This document shows positions 26,068 through 36,000 of a DNA stretch of 64,000 nt, one piece after another. Under the pieces are notes generated by a model. It did no database searches. It saw nothing but the letters and a program-made list of their open reading frames with translations, and was not told where the DNA came from. Position 1 is the first letter of the stretch. Every line of letters begins with the position of its first letter. Made by a program: the position numbers and the translations under genes. Source of the stretch: an uncultured Alphaproteobacteria bacterium (lineage in GTDB: Bacteria > Pseudomonadota > Alphaproteobacteria > RF32 > CAG-239); the NCBI GenBank assembly GCA_910577095.1, contig CAJTLY010000007.1, positions 34,317 through 98,316 of the forward strand, in the 5' to 3' direction.

Positions 26068-28506
26068 TCAGGGCTGGGTCTGAAACTCTTGTAATTGTCG
26101 TTGCAGCAAATCGGCACGGATCGAAGTCGGACGGACAATGCCGCTGCTGATCGTTTTTGAACTGCGAAGCCGGCGGATGGCTTCCGTATTGTCATGACGT
26201 TCCAGAAACTCCGCATACATCGCCGTTCTCTCTGCCCCATGTCCGGCGGCAACCTTTGCCCGCATTGCCGCAATCCGGTCGTGACCGCGTTTCATGTCCT
26301 CTGCCACTTTTTGCACGCTGTCAACCGGCTGGGTTAGAGTTTCGGCCGACTGCGCTTCCGCTTTTTCTTCCGCGGACACCGGTGCCGTCTCTGCTGTTTC
26401 GGCTTCCGTTTCCTGACGGCCGCTGTTTTCTGTTTCCGCTTTTTCTGCCGTAACAGGTTCCGGCATTTTTTCCGGCACCACTCTCTGCACACTATCTGCC
26501 AAAACCTCAGGCGCCGACATTTCCGCTTTTTCTTCCGCGGGCACCGGTGCCGGTTTTGCGGCGTTTTCCGGACTGCGGTCCGGTTTACCGCCGGAGACGT
26601 ATTCTTCCGTTTGCGTCATTTTGGCGTTGGGCGCGCCTTCCATCCTGACACCTTTACTGTCGTAAAAATCAGCTTTGGTTCCGGCAGAACTTTTCTCAAC
26701 AACGGCCCCAAAAAGCTTTCCGTCCAACGTAACTTCCGTCCGCGAAACTTCTTTGCCGTTTTCAATATACTTTCCGTCCTTGATGTTTATCTTGTGTTTG
26801 CTTAAATCAATTTCCTTGCCCTGATCATAAAGCTTCACATCCTTGATGTTTCCGTTTTCGTCCCGCAAAAAAGCAGCGCCGTGTTTTTTGCCGTCAATCA
26901 TTGTCACTTCAATTTTTTCGCCCTGCTCGTTGACATATGATTTCAGCTCTGCCTTTTGAAACACCTCGGGACGGTTGAAATAGAATTTAACCCCGTCCAA
27001 CATTCCGTAACTTCGCGGTTGCGGCTTAACGGTTAAAGGTTCCACTTTTTCCGCTTCTTCCTGTTTTTTTATTCTTTCCAACTCCTGATTAATCGCCCGG
27101 CTCTCCCGCTCGGCTTTCAAAAAGTCGGAACCGCTGTCCAAAACTTCCATTTTCAAAACGTCGGAAACTCTGTTTTCTTCGGAATGTTCCTGCCATTTGG
27201 TCTCACCCTGATTGTATTCGAGGGCGCTTGAAAGCATCGGCTTATAAGGATGATCACGACGATATTGTTCGGGGTTGCGGCGAAACTCATCAATCGCCGG
27301 ACACTCTTTGATCGGAACATTGTTGGGATCAAAACCTTCAATATGCGTCGTCAGGTCAATATCCGTACCCGGCACCGTGTATATTTCTTTAAGCTTTTTC
27401 AAATATTCCGCCTGATTTTCTCCGGCTTTGCCGTCACCGCTGTTCAAAGCCAGCGCCATGTTAACATCCAAAAAACTTTCCATGGCGTTATCGCCGGACA
27501 TTCCGCGATAAACGCTCAGCTCGTTAAACAGATCATAACTCTGGGAGATTTGCTCGTCATACATCCTCCCGCCGGATTGGAGGTCTTTTTTCATATTATC
27601 GTCAAGGTTATGGAAAACACTCTCCGCAATTTTTTGATGTTGAAGCAGATTATGGTATTGTTCCAAGCTCACCGTCCCGTCATAAACCAAACCGTTAACC
27701 GACAACATTTGGGCATTATCGGCGTTGCCGTCCTGAGCCAGACTGGCGCCGGCATTTTCAATTCGTTCGGGAACATAAATACTGTCTTGCCAATCATTTG
27801 CCAGATATTTGCGAAAATCGAGTCCGCCGATTGTCATATAGTGCCGGGCAAAACGGTCAAATTCTGCATCATCTTGCTGAAACTTACGGTCGGAAGTGTT
27901 CATGAACAACCGCGTTGCAGTTTCAAAATCCTTGACATATCCCGAATTTTTCGCCGCCATATTTTTGAACTGTTCGCCTACCAACAGTTGCATTTCTTTG
28001 TCAAACTCTTTTGGATCTTTGCTTTCCGGATTAACTTTTCCCTCTCGGATCGCTTCCAGATATTCATAAGGAACGGCAGCACTGACCCAGGAGGATGACT
28101 TACCGGCTTCTTCCAAAAACTTTTCCTTGTCTTCGGCTGCCAGATATTCTTCCCGCCAACACAGCACCGAGACTGTCCATGCCGAAACTTCGTCCAGCAC
28201 CCTCAGCTTATAAAACTGCTCGGCACTGAGATCCGGAATCCCCAACCGGGCATTCGCCGCATGTTTAGCCTCGTGCGAAATATTTTCTTTTATTTTGCTT
28301 TCGGTATCCTGATAAGAATAAACGTTTCTCACCACCCGGCCGCTTTGAGGATCATAATAGGCGCTGGTGGCCGAATAACGACTCAGTGTGTCGGCCTGAA
28401 ACTCTACCGTCGTCCTTCTTTGCGCCATTTTCCGCTGCGAATCCTGCAAACGCTGTTCCAGTTCATGTTTTCTTTTTTCTCTGATCGAAACGTTTACATC
28501 CGGCAT
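26068..28506 (-). CDS. large hypothetical repeat-containing protein (effector-like)
   Basis: The ORF runs to 28563 (TTG), but the ATG at 28506 has GGAGAGGA upstream. About 812 aa, no signal peptide. HEAKH encoded at 28261-28275. Has Gly/Lys beta-hairpin-like repeats and an acidic Ala/Glu/Pro tandem repeat near the C-terminus. Confidence 0.6.
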   Translation of the reverse strand: MPDVNVSIREKRKHELEQRLQDSQRKMAQRRTTVEFQADTLSRYSATSAYYDPQSGRVVRNVYSYQDTESKIKENISHEAKHAANARLGIPDLSAEQFYKLRVLDEVSAWTVSVLCWREEYLAAEDKEKFLEEAGKSSSWVSAAVPYEYLEAIREGKVNPESKDPKEFDKEMQLLVGEQFKNMAAKNSGYVKDFETATRLFMNTSDRKFQQDDAEFDRFARHYMTIGGLDFRKYLANDWQDSIYVPERIENAGASLAQDGNADNAQMLSVNGLVYDGTVSLEQYHNLLQHQKIAESVFHNLDDNMKKDLQSGGRMYDEQISQSYDLFNELSVYRGMSGDNAMESFLDVNMALALNSGDGKAGENQAEYLKKLKEIYTVPGTDIDLTTHIEGFDPNNVPIKECPAIDEFRRNPEQYRRDHPYKPMLSSALEYNQGETKWQEHSEENRVSDVLKMEVLDSGSDFLKAERESRAINQELERIKKQEEAEKVEPLTVKPQPRSYGMLDGVKFYFNRPEVFQKAELKSYVNEQGEKIEVTMIDGKKHGAAFLRDENGNIKDVKLYDQGKEIDLSKHKINIKDGKYIENGKEVSRTEVTLDGKLFGAVVEKSSAGTKADFYDSKGVRMEGAPNAKMTQTEEYVSGGKPDRSPENAAKPAPVPAEEKAEMSAPEVLADSVQRVVPEKMPEPVTAEKAETENSGRQETEAETAETAPVSAEEKAEAQSAETLTQPVDSVQKVAEDMKRGHDRIAAMRAKVAAGHGAERTAMYAEFLERHDNTEAIRRLRSSKTISSGIVRPTSIRADLLQRQLQEFQTQP

Positions 28507-28619
28507 GACATCCTCTCCATAATAGTCTGAATCACAGTCAAATGATAACATTAGGCGGCGCAATAGTCAACCATCGCGCCGCCCGGCTTCAAAATGTCAT
28601 TATTTTGTAATAATGCCTT

Positions 28620-29495
28620 CTACAGGTCAAACAAATCCGCATAAGCGAACGAAAGCCCGATCAGGAAATTTGATCCTTCCCGGCTGGCGCCTCTTGCTTT
28701 TCCCTGAAAATAGCTGACATAAGGTGCCAAACTGAATTTTTGATAGACTTTCACATCCATCCGTCCAGTCACGCTCAGTTCATACTCCAAATCCGTTGCC
28801 ACATATTCGCTGTAGCTCAAATAGTCGCGGAAATATCCTTCCAATTGAAATTTTACCTGGTCGGAAATCGGTTTTTCGGCCCGGATTCCGATTTCATAGG
28901 CGCTTTTTGTCACTTCGGCATTGCTGTAGGTAAAGTCATATTCACCAACCGCCGCCGCATACAATTCCTTGATAACGTCGCCGTTAAACAGCTTCAACCC
29001 GCTTTTGCCGCGAACAACTTTCATCCGCGGGGCATCATTGTTACGGGTAAACTCGGTCTGATATGCCACGCTTGCAAACGGTCCGGCATCGGCATCGTCA
29101 AAATCAAGTTTCCACAATTTGCAGTTATAATCACTGGTCAGAAGGATTTTATCGGCATCTTCGTTGGTCGTATGCTCTTCGTCAACCGGTTTCAATTCGG
29201 TACGCCCATATTCCATAAACAAGCTGTTGTTCCACTGCCAGTTCGGCTGTTCGTATTCCAACACAAAGTCAAACACGCCTTTGATCATTGTTTTGCTGTC
29301 AGCACTGAGCTGAGAGTTGGGATTGTCAACATACAAATCGGCATTTTTTACCTCGGTTGATGACATCTCCAACGCCACCCGCCGGAAATTTGCCCGCAGA
29401 TCGCTTTTTTCGCCGTCATCAGCCGCCGCCGTATTAAGTCCCAAAAAAACGCCGGAAAATAAAACCGCCGTCATTAAGTTATATTTGATAGTCAT
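28620..29495 (-). CDS. outer-membrane beta-barrel protein (DUF3078-like)
   Basis: 291 aa with a signal peptide and alternating amphipathic beta-strand pattern, ending in an aromatic-rich segment LSFAYADLFDL. The family call is tentative. Confidence 0.5.
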   Translation of the reverse strand: MTIKYNLMTAVLFSGVFLGLNTAAADDGEKSDLRANFRRVALEMSSTEVKNADLYVDNPNSQLSADSKTMIKGVFDFVLEYEQPNWQWNNSLFMEYGRTELKPVDEEHTTNEDADKILLTSDYNCKLWKLDFDDADAGPFASVAYQTEFTRNNDAPRMKVVRGKSGLKLFNGDVIKELYAAAVGEYDFTYSNAEVTKSAYEIGIRAEKPISDQVKFQLEGYFRDYLSYSEYVATDLEYELSVTGRMDVKVYQKFSLAPYVSYFQGKARGASREGSNFLIGLSFAYADLFDL

Positions 29496-29635
29496 GTAGC
29501 CTCCGCTGTCTGTAAGTTCATTAGCACCTTAACGTATATAAAGAGAGAGTTCGCTTGACAAGTATAAAAATATGCAATACTAACAAGTTTTTAATCCGAC
29601 CTTTTAATTTTCGGCTTTATATTTGGAAAAACATC

Positions 29636-30175
29636 ATGAACATTGACAAACTTGCTGAAGTCGTCTGCACCCTCAAAGACACCTCCCGCAACGGCTGGAT
29701 CCGCCGTGAGGTTGAAAACCCGGAATCGGTTGCCGATCATTCTTACGGACTGTGTCTGCTGACTCTTATTTTGTGCCCTCCGGAACTTGACCGCCTGAAA
29801 TGCCTTGAATTCGCCGTCGTGCATGATCTCGCGGAATCCGTCACCGGCGACTATACGCCCGGCGACCACATCAACCCTCAACAAAAATATGCCCTCGAGC
29901 TGAAGGCCATGCAGGATATCGCCGCCAAAGCGAACTGTCCGCGTCTGGTCGACCTGTTTGTCGAATATGAGCGGCGCGACACCCCGGAGGCGGTCTTTGT
30001 CAAGAAAATGGATAAACTGGACGTCGTTTTACAGGCACGTTATTATGACATGCACAACCGCAGCCGCTATTTTGACCGCAAAAGAGAATGGACGTCGCTG
30101 TTTGAGGAATATGAAAAGAACGCCCGCCCGATCCTCGGTGCCCTGTGGGAAAATTGTGATTTTTCTCAAAAATAA
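29636..30175 (+). CDS. HD domain-containing 5'-deoxynucleotidase-like hydrolase (YfbR-like)
   Basis: Internal ATG at 29636. Motifs ESVADHS and HDLAESVTGDYTP. Confidence 0.8.
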   Translation: MNIDKLAEVVCTLKDTSRNGWIRREVENPESVADHSYGLCLLTLILCPPELDRLKCLEFAVVHDLAESVTGDYTPGDHINPQQKYALELKAMQDIAAKANCPRLVDLFVEYERRDTPEAVFVKKMDKLDVVLQARYYDMHNRSRYFDRKREWTSLFEEYEKNARPILGALWENCDFSQK

Positions 30176-30222
30176 TGCTTGACAATTGCACAAAATAACC
30201 TTAATAAATGTGCTGTCACGAT

Positions 30223-30299
30223 GGCGGGGTAGCTCAGGTGGTTAGAGCAGCGGAATCATAATCCGCGTGTCGTTGGTTCGAATCCGACCCTCGCTACCA
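30223..30299 (+). tRNA. tRNA with CAU anticodon (elongator Met, or Ile2 if lysidine-modified)
   Basis: Cloverleaf with acceptor GGCGGGG/CCTCGCT, anticodon stem GCGGA/TCCGC, loop ATCATAA, T-loop TTCGAAT, encoded CCA. No GGG/CCC anticodon stem, so not an initiator. Confidence 0.88.
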
Positions 30300-30307
30300 T
30301 CAAAAAA

Positions 30308-30338
30308 CCCTAGGTTTTCCTAGGGTTTTTCTTTTTTT
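30308..30338 (+). terminator. Rho-independent terminator after the tRNA
   Basis: ccctagg-tttt-cctaggg hairpin followed by T-runs. Confidence 0.75.
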
Positions 30339-30364
30339 AAATTTTACTTCGGAAGTATCGTTGG

Positions 30365-30580
30365 TTATTTGGTGTCCGACAATCTGGTTACCGGAACAAA
30401 CCACGAAAAAATAAGTACCACCGCTGAAGCGCCGACCAAAATATATACGATACGGCTTAAAACGCTCAGAGGACCGAAAAGGAAAGCCACGGCGTCGAAG
30501 CCGAACAAACCGATCAGCCCCCAGTTCAAACCGCCGATAATAGTCAAAATCAAGGCGATATTGTAAATCAAATTATTCAT
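30365..30580 (-). CDS. DUF378 family small membrane protein
   Basis: 71 aa with two TM helices and the GGLNWGLIG motif. Confidence 0.8.
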   Translation of the reverse strand: MNNLIYNIALILTIIGGLNWGLIGLFGFDAVAFLFGPLSVLSRIVYILVGASAVVLIFSWFVPVTRLSDTK

Positions 30581-30705
30581 AACTTATCTCCTGTATGTTT
30601 TTTAATACTTTTATGATATTATAGCAGAAACTGATTTTTCAACATCCGCCGCCTAAAATACCTGATGTGGCGGCCAAAACCGGCGCGGCAGCGGTTTTTC
30701 CGAGC

Positions 30706-33030
30706 CTACTCGCTCAAAACCGGCCGCACCGTGACCCGAACAGCCGTAAAGCGTCCTTTGTCGTCAACCGCTTTTAACTCCCACTCTCCTTGTCCAAACT
30801 CCGTTTCCAGGGTTTCTCCGACGTCGCAAACCCCGATCAGCGTTCCGTTTTGAAACCAGAAAATGCGCCGGGCGTCGGCATCGGCAGAAGCCTTCAGCAA
30901 AACTTTTTCCTTGCCGCCGTCGGTCAGACCGGTCAACAAAACACTGCCGTCAGCCGGATTTAATATTTGCGGTGCATTGCCGATGTGCGCGGTTTCGATC
31001 AAATCGCAATCTTCACCGAATTCGGGCGGACGGCGCACCGCCACCCCGGCGGCACGATACGCCGCCAACACGTCCGACGGCCAGAACTCGAAACTTTTCA
31101 TCACTGTCTGCGGCGGACGATGACGGCAGGCTCTTTTTCCGCTAACGCGGTCGATCGGAACCCGCCGCGATATGTTCGAAACCTTAATTCGGGTCACGCC
31201 GGGAATAAAATACGACTTGATCGTTTCCTGACAATCGGCATCGGCAATGTCGCCGGTGGAACGACAAACATCCGTTTGGGACAGATTAAGCCCCGCGGGT
31301 GAAATGGCATCCCCGTTTATTCCCAAGTTTTTGGCAAGACTGCGGACAATTCTGAAAAACAACGGTGCGGCAGCCTCTTGTCCCGTCAGGGCCGGATTCG
31401 GCCGCCCGTCAAAATTGCCCAGCCATACCACCACCACATAATCGCCGACGACGCCGGCCGCCCAGGCGTCGCGATAACCAAACGACGTTCCGGTTTTCCA
31501 GTATACTCTGTAAGGCTCGTGCGCCGCGGCAAAAGCATAATAATCCCGATCCGCCGGAGGATTATGCCTTAACATGTCCATGGTCAGAAAAGCCGCCTCG
31601 GGACTGATCAGCTGCTTTCCGCTGTCTGTTTGCGCCTCCCTGATCCATTTCAGTTTGCGAAAACGGCCGCCGTCCGCCAACATCGCATACATCTCCGCCA
31701 CATTTTCCATCGTCAGTTCATAGCCGCCCAACGCCAGCGCCAAACCATAAAAATCGACGCTTTTCAATCTCTTAATTTCACTTTCTTTCAGCAACATATA
31801 ATATTTGTCGATTCCGATTTTCAAAAGCAGTTCCACCGCCGGAACATTGCGGCTTTTTACCAGCGCCGAAGTGGCATCCATCATTCCGTAAAACCGGCGG
31901 TCATAGTTTTCGGGCGTATAATTGGCAAAATTGCGCGGAACGTCCTTCAAACGGCTGTGGGGATGGATAAGTCCCTGTTCCAGCGCCAGAGCATAAATAA
32001 ACGGCTTCATCACCGAACCCGGCGACCGAAAAGCCCGCGTACCGTCCACCTGACCTTCAATCGCCGCATTGAAAAAACCGGCCGACCCCACTTTGGCCAA
32101 CACGCTCATATCCCGTCGGTTAACAATCAATACCGCCGCATTCTCAATGCCGTATTTTTTGCTTGCTTTAACATACCGCAAGACAATATCTTCCGTCATT
32201 TGCTGATAATTGAGGTCAATCGTGGCGTATACGCTGCCGCGTCGCAGTTTTTTAAGCTGCTGCACCAGATGCGGCGCCGCAAACGGCCGGTGAAGACTGA
32301 CGGCCGGCGGCATGGCGGCCGATTTCCCGTCATTGCCGTATTCTTTTTGCCACATTTCCGCCAGTCTTTGATAAGCCCGTACGGCTTCTTTTTTGCCGTG
32401 GCGGCTGCCCGGACTTCTTTTCGACGGGTTTTGCGGAATAACCGTCAACGTTATGATCTGATCGCGATTCAGTTTTTCCGGAACGGTTTCAAAATAGATT
32501 TGCGCCGCGGCCGCAATGCCTTCAATATTCATGCCGTAGGGTGCCAAATTAAAATAGGCTTCCAGAATTTCCTGCTTGGAATAGAACATTTCTATCTGCA
32601 ACGCCCGCAAAATCTGTTCAAATTTACCGCTGAGGGTTGACGAGTCGATACCATACACCATTCGTGCCAGCTGCATCGTAATCGTCGACGCTCCCTGTTT
32701 GCGCGCACCGGCCAGCATTAACAGCGCCGATTTAACCGCCCGCAGCGGATTGACCCCGAAATGAAAGAAGAAATAACGATCCTCATAAAGCAACAACGCT
32801 TTTACCGCTTCCGGCGGAATTTGCCGATAAGAAACACGCAGCCGGTATTTGTCGTCCATGCTGAGTCCCAAATGCAGCAAACGTTCGTTGCGGTCATAAA
32901 CGGCCGTAGAATAAGTATACTTTTCCAACAGTTCGGGCCGCGGCACCGCCGCATAAAGGGCTGCGGCAACGACCGCCGTTGCAACCGCCCCCAACAATAC
33001 CTTGCGAAGAATTTGCTTACGGTTCCACAT
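30706..33030 (-). CDS. pbpC: penicillin-binding protein 1C
   Basis: ATG at 33030 overlaps the A2M stop by 14 nt. Glycosyltransferase motifs (EDRYFFFH, GASTITMQ), a transpeptidase SxxK-like GSVMKP, and a KTGTS motif. Confidence 0.9.
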   Translation of the reverse strand: MWNRKQILRKVLLGAVATAVVAAALYAAVPRPELLEKYTYSTAVYDRNERLLHLGLSMDDKYRLRVSYRQIPPEAVKALLLYEDRYFFFHFGVNPLRAVKSALLMLAGARKQGASTITMQLARMVYGIDSSTLSGKFEQILRALQIEMFYSKQEILEAYFNLAPYGMNIEGIAAAAQIYFETVPEKLNRDQIITLTVIPQNPSKRSPGSRHGKKEAVRAYQRLAEMWQKEYGNDGKSAAMPPAVSLHRPFAAPHLVQQLKKLRRGSVYATIDLNYQQMTEDIVLRYVKASKKYGIENAAVLIVNRRDMSVLAKVGSAGFFNAAIEGQVDGTRAFRSPGSVMKPFIYALALEQGLIHPHSRLKDVPRNFANYTPENYDRRFYGMMDATSALVKSRNVPAVELLLKIGIDKYYMLLKESEIKRLKSVDFYGLALALGGYELTMENVAEMYAMLADGGRFRKLKWIREAQTDSGKQLISPEAAFLTMDMLRHNPPADRDYYAFAAAHEPYRVYWKTGTSFGYRDAWAAGVVGDYVVVVWLGNFDGRPNPALTGQEAAAPLFFRIVRSLAKNLGINGDAISPAGLNLSQTDVCRSTGDIADADCQETIKSYFIPGVTRIKVSNISRRVPIDRVSGKRACRHRPPQTVMKSFEFWPSDVLAAYRAAGVAVRRPPEFGEDCDLIETAHIGNAPQILNPADGSVLLTGLTDGGKEKVLLKASADADARRIFWFQNGTLIGVCDVGETLETEFGQGEWELKAVDDKGRFTAVRVTVRPVLSE

Positions 33031-36000
33031 CGATCCGGTCTGCTTTGGTGGTCGCACGCACGGCCGGATCGTATAAAGCTTCGGCAACTGCCGGCGGAAC
33101 CACAAAACTGCCCCGTGCAATCACCTTGGTTTTATAAGTCACAGTTCTTGCCGAAGGTGACGCCGTCAGATACACCAGCGCCCGGTCCTCACGCAACTCA
33201 TAGTTGTCCGTTTCTCCTTTGAGCGAGTTCTGTACCATCTCCAAACATCCGGGTATCAAATCAACAATCGCCACGTCGTTAACATACTTGCCGTTTTGGC
33301 TGCGGATTTTCAAAACCACCGTAATTTCATCGCCGATTTCCGCTTTCTGCAGCCGCTCGCCGTCTTTGTCGAGGTAGGTCTTGCTGATTTCCAGCCCTTG
33401 CGAAAGCGGTTTGCCGGCCGGTTCTTTCAAAAAGCCGTTTTCGCTGATCACATAGTAAAACGGTCGGTCGGAAGCAACTTCCAGTTCTTTGACCGAAGCG
33501 TCCAGCGGAAAACGGGCAAAGCCTTTTCCCTGATACTTTGTACCGTTAAACGAAATATCGTTGTCGCTGTCGCTGCGTCCGACGGCGTTCAGCGCCAGCA
33601 ACGCATTTCCGGCCGAAGCGGTGGTGAAGTTGCCCTGCTTTAACGGTTTCAGCAATGCCTCAACGCTCTTCTGCCCCAAACTCTTAAGGTCATCGGGAAA
33701 ATGAACTGCTGTCAGATAAATATAGCGGGCATCTTTTACCGTATTCCGGCCGGTTTTGTAATAACCGGTCAGTTGCCGCGCTTTGGCGTCGTTTTGCAGC
33801 AGTTTATAAGAAGCGGCCAGATAAACCGAAGCCAGCGAAGAACGCGCTTGGGAAGAATCCGGCAACCCGAGATCCCGCTCAATCCGTGTCAGATATCCTG
33901 AGGTTATTTCACCGTTCAGCGTCAGCAGATAAGCCGCATACGCCGGATTGTCATCCAAGTCTCCCCGCACCGGACGTGCAGCCACATTGCGCGCATACTG
34001 CAACGCTTTGTTCAGCAACGAAGCCGGAACCTCAAGGTTGTTCTTGCGTGCCGAGAGTAAAAAGTGCAAAGCATAGAGGCTGTCATACTCTCGGGCCTGC
34101 GACCACTCGGAAGACCAGGCCTTGAAACTCCCCTCCAGCGTTTGCCGTTCCGTCAGCTTGGCCAAAACGTCGTCATAAAGCGCATAAATGTCCGCGTCTT
34201 TCAACAATTCCGGCTTGTTAAAGAATATTTCCATTGCCGGAAACACCTTACTGACCGACTGCTCGGTACAAAAATGCGGAAAGGCGTTCAAGAACGTCAG
34301 CAACCCTTGTGTCAACACCAACGGCGAAGCCGACGCAACAACTTCCTGAGAACGGTATTCTTCAAACATCGGCCGTACAAAATCTTTCAGCTTCAGGGTG
34401 TTGGCGGCAAAACCCATTTTATTCTCGGAAACAAACGAACTTGCCGGACGTATCCCCACTTCGTAAGAAATTCGGGACGACTGATCGCCGTTATCACGGT
34501 TGGAAGCGATGAAGGCCAGCGGCACCGATCCCAGACGTTCGCCGCTCTTAACCTTAAAACGCGCTTGTCCCTCTTCGCCGTAAGCCAACTTCAGAACCTG
34601 AACGTCGTCGCCGACAACTTCCAGTCCCTTCCCCGCCATCAGACGCACTTCTACCGGAATTGCCGGTGAATTTTCCATCATGTTGGCAACACTGACGGCC
34701 GCGTCGAAAACATCTCCCGGCGAAACATTGTAAGCGCCGGAAGGAACCAATGCAAAGTCTCCGCGCACGGCCGTCTGCCGTTCCGTCTCTCCCATCCGGC
34801 GCTCGGAAACGCCGACCGCTATGATTTTGATTTCGCCGTTAAAGTTTTCGGGAACCTGATAAGTGTAGGTCCGGGGCGTTGTTTCAACGGGCACAATTCC
34901 GCTCCAGAAAACGACCGGACGGTTCTGCTTGCGGGCAAACGGATTGACCCGCAAATCGGGTTTGGCGCCCGTTTCCATATCGCCGCCGATTCCTTTCAGA
35001 TAACGCACGATTTTGATGTCGGGCAAAATCAGGTCAAGAATTTGCGAAGTCACCACCTGCAGCGCTTTCTTTTGGATAAAATAGTTCAACGGCTGCGGCA
35101 TTTGGTACCGGGCCACTTGTAAAATACCGGTATTGACACCGTAAATAATCACTTCTCCCGGATAATCCGCCTGATATTCAATCGTCAGTTCGCGTCCGGG
35201 TTTTACCGTTGCCGGCGCATTCAGACCGATCTTGAGGCGGCGCGCCGCCTTGTTGATCGAAAACGGAACCACGGCATAACTCAGCGGCGAAACGAATATC
35301 TTGTCGGAATCGAGATTCCGGATCCACGAAACATTGATATAAGCGTTCCCCTCTATCCCCTGCGGCAGTTCAATTTCCTGCGTCGTGGACGAGGTCTCGG
35401 ATTTGAACCATTTGTAAGCATACACCTTGTCCCGTTCAATCGTGATCAGCCCGTAACCGGAATACGGCGCCGATATTTGCATCTGAATCTGCTCACCGTC
35501 GTTATATTCGCTGCGATTCAGCTTAATTTCCAACCCGGCTTCGGTATCGGCGGCATAAGTCGAATTGGTGTCTCCGGTCACGCTGTAATCGATCCGCATC
35601 ACAATATTTCCGTCCGCATCTTCCGCCTGCAAATAATAGTCGCCCGGCGCTTCGGTATTGAGAAAACGGCTGCTTCCGCCGGCGTCAATCGAAAAATCCT
35701 CGCTTTTGAGTTTTTTTTCTGCCGGAACCGCTTTGTAACGATAGGTACGGTCCGGCATCTGAACCAGACTGGAAACATACTCGCGTTGATACAGGCTCAG
35801 TTTCAAATCATTAAGCGCAATCGGCTGCAGAGACGAATCAACCGCCACCAGCCGCACCCGGCGAACCGAAGACTTGTAGATATAGTTCAGGGCGCCGTCG
35901 GCCTTAAAACCTACCAGATAAGCGTTCGGCGACACCAGCATTCCTGCCGATGCCGACACGCCGCGGCCTCCGGTCAGTTCCAACCCGTCGACATTGATAT

